64,000 bases of DNA from Dehalococcoidia bacterium. GTDB lineage: Bacteria; Chloroflexota; Dehalococcoidia; Lucifugimonadales; UBA3495. This document shows, one piece after another, positions 62,884 through 64,000 of the stretch. The translations under genes and the position numbers were made by a program. Under the pieces are notes generated by a model, which saw only the letters and a program-made list of their open reading frames with translations, was not told the origin of the DNA and ran no database searches. The stretch is from NCBI GenBank assembly GCA_965203985.1, contig CBDBDS010000005.1, positions 10,074 to 74,073 on the forward strand, in the 5' to 3' direction. Position 1 is the first letter of the stretch; each line of letters opens with the position of its first letter.

Positions 62884-64000
62884 TCAAGCGGCGTAAGCGC
62901 GGGAGTCCACCATTCGGTGGTACAGGGTGGCGGGGAATTCCTGCGTGTCGGGGTTGCCGGCCGACAGTGAGAAATCTTCCGATGCCAGCCACAGGTGGCG
63001 ACGCACCAGGGCGATGGCATCCACGAAGGTCGGCGATGGTTTGTCGTACCAGGCGGCGGTACGCGGGGTGATGGGATGCTGTTTCTGCAAAGCGTGGGCG
63101 GCCAGGGTGGTCCAGGAGAAGAGGCCCAGCAGAGCCGGCGTGGTGCGGGCGATGGCCAGGTCGGACCATTGGCGCTGGGTTTCCATCCCCAGATGGGTGC
63201 GGGCTTCCTGGAAGGTGACTTCGAGTTGCCAACGCAGCACAAACCACTCCAGGATCTGGGTCGGGTTCGCCAGCGGGTCGGTGCAGAGGAGGGCTTGGGG
63301 ATCGAAAGCGCCTTCGGGATCTCGCACCAGCACCCATCGGATGAGGACGGGCGGTTTGCCAGAGCTGTACCAGACGGCAGTCTGGGAGGTGAGTTCCAGC
63401 GTGCGAGTAGTGCCGTCATACCAAGAGACTTCGGCGCCGGTCCACGGCACTTCGGCCTGACCCAGGATGGTTTTCAGCGACGGTCGCCGCTGGCCTTTCA
63501 GGGCAGACCGGCCTTTCTGACCTGGCGGCCGTGGCGGCGCTGGCGCGTAGAGAGCGGCGTCCAGGCGCAGTCTGGCGATGAGGGTAACGGGTTCACGAAG
63601 GGACTGGCAGCAGTGGAGCAGATCAAGCACGGCGTAGCCGTTATCCCCCACCAGCACGAGAGTCCGGTGGGGCAGCCAGCGGCGCAGCTGAATGACCATT
63701 TGTCGAGCCCAGTCGGTGACCTTCTTGTGGCGGCGTCCCTGCTGCTGGTGGTACCGAGATGACGGTGCCAGCACGGTGAGCACCGGCAGCGCCCAGTGCC
63801 GTCCTGCCCACGGCACGTGGCCCAGCCACATCAAGGAGATCCAGCGCAACCCACTGGCCTTGACCAGTTGGTGGCGGCTGGAACGCACCGCGTCACGGTA
63901 GATGCCCCGAGCCTTGATCTTGGCGCCGCGACGCCGTTCCAGGGTTTCGTCGATGCCGAAGACCAAGGGGCCGTCGCCGCGATCCAGGTGCTGGAGCAAA
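62884..64000 (-). mobile_element. IS701-like DDE transposase (5' end beyond window)
   Basis: FGIDETLERR.G, VGDNGYA, RWQLEVTFQEARTHLG..QRQWS; ends about 20 bp from the IS5 TIR. Confidence 0.88.

Overview
GC-rich bacterial chromosome segment. Its Pro/Thr-rich lipoprotein, multiple Uma2 genes, small TA-like cassettes and gene styles suggest Chloroflexota, probably Dehalococcoidia/SAR202-like (inference only). Housekeeping and metabolic genes include acs, two amtB, glnA, aconitase, PolX, an S1 protein, tRNA-Phe, amidohydrolases, TenA, a haloalkane dehalogenase and MMPL. Between them sit single accessory cassettes: DUF433/DUF5615, DUF4258, HEPN-MNT, HicB, DUF5678-like + retropepsin pairs, an R-M pair, a NucS-like nuclease, an HTH-dynamin-like GTPase, a nuclease-NACHT protein, DUF3800 and GxxExxY. 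Two IS elements follow tRNA-Phe, and three families of palindromic repeats are scattered through the window. Most notable observations: (1) a DUF3800 gene with a divergent, self-contained ~135-nt candidate ncRNA (promoter, hairpins, terminator); (2) diverged duplicates of neighbouring gene ends bracketing cargo at three loci; (3) a GxxExxY nuclease inside terminal inverted repeats that resemble a local MITE-like family; (4) an XRE-HTH/dynamin-like GTPase gene with a perfect 32-bp palindrome over its promoter; (5) tandem doubling of the antitoxin/partner domain in several cassettes; (6) GlnR-like 11-bp-periodic boxes before both amtB genes. All family assignments come from motifs recognised by eye; no HMM or BLAST search was run.
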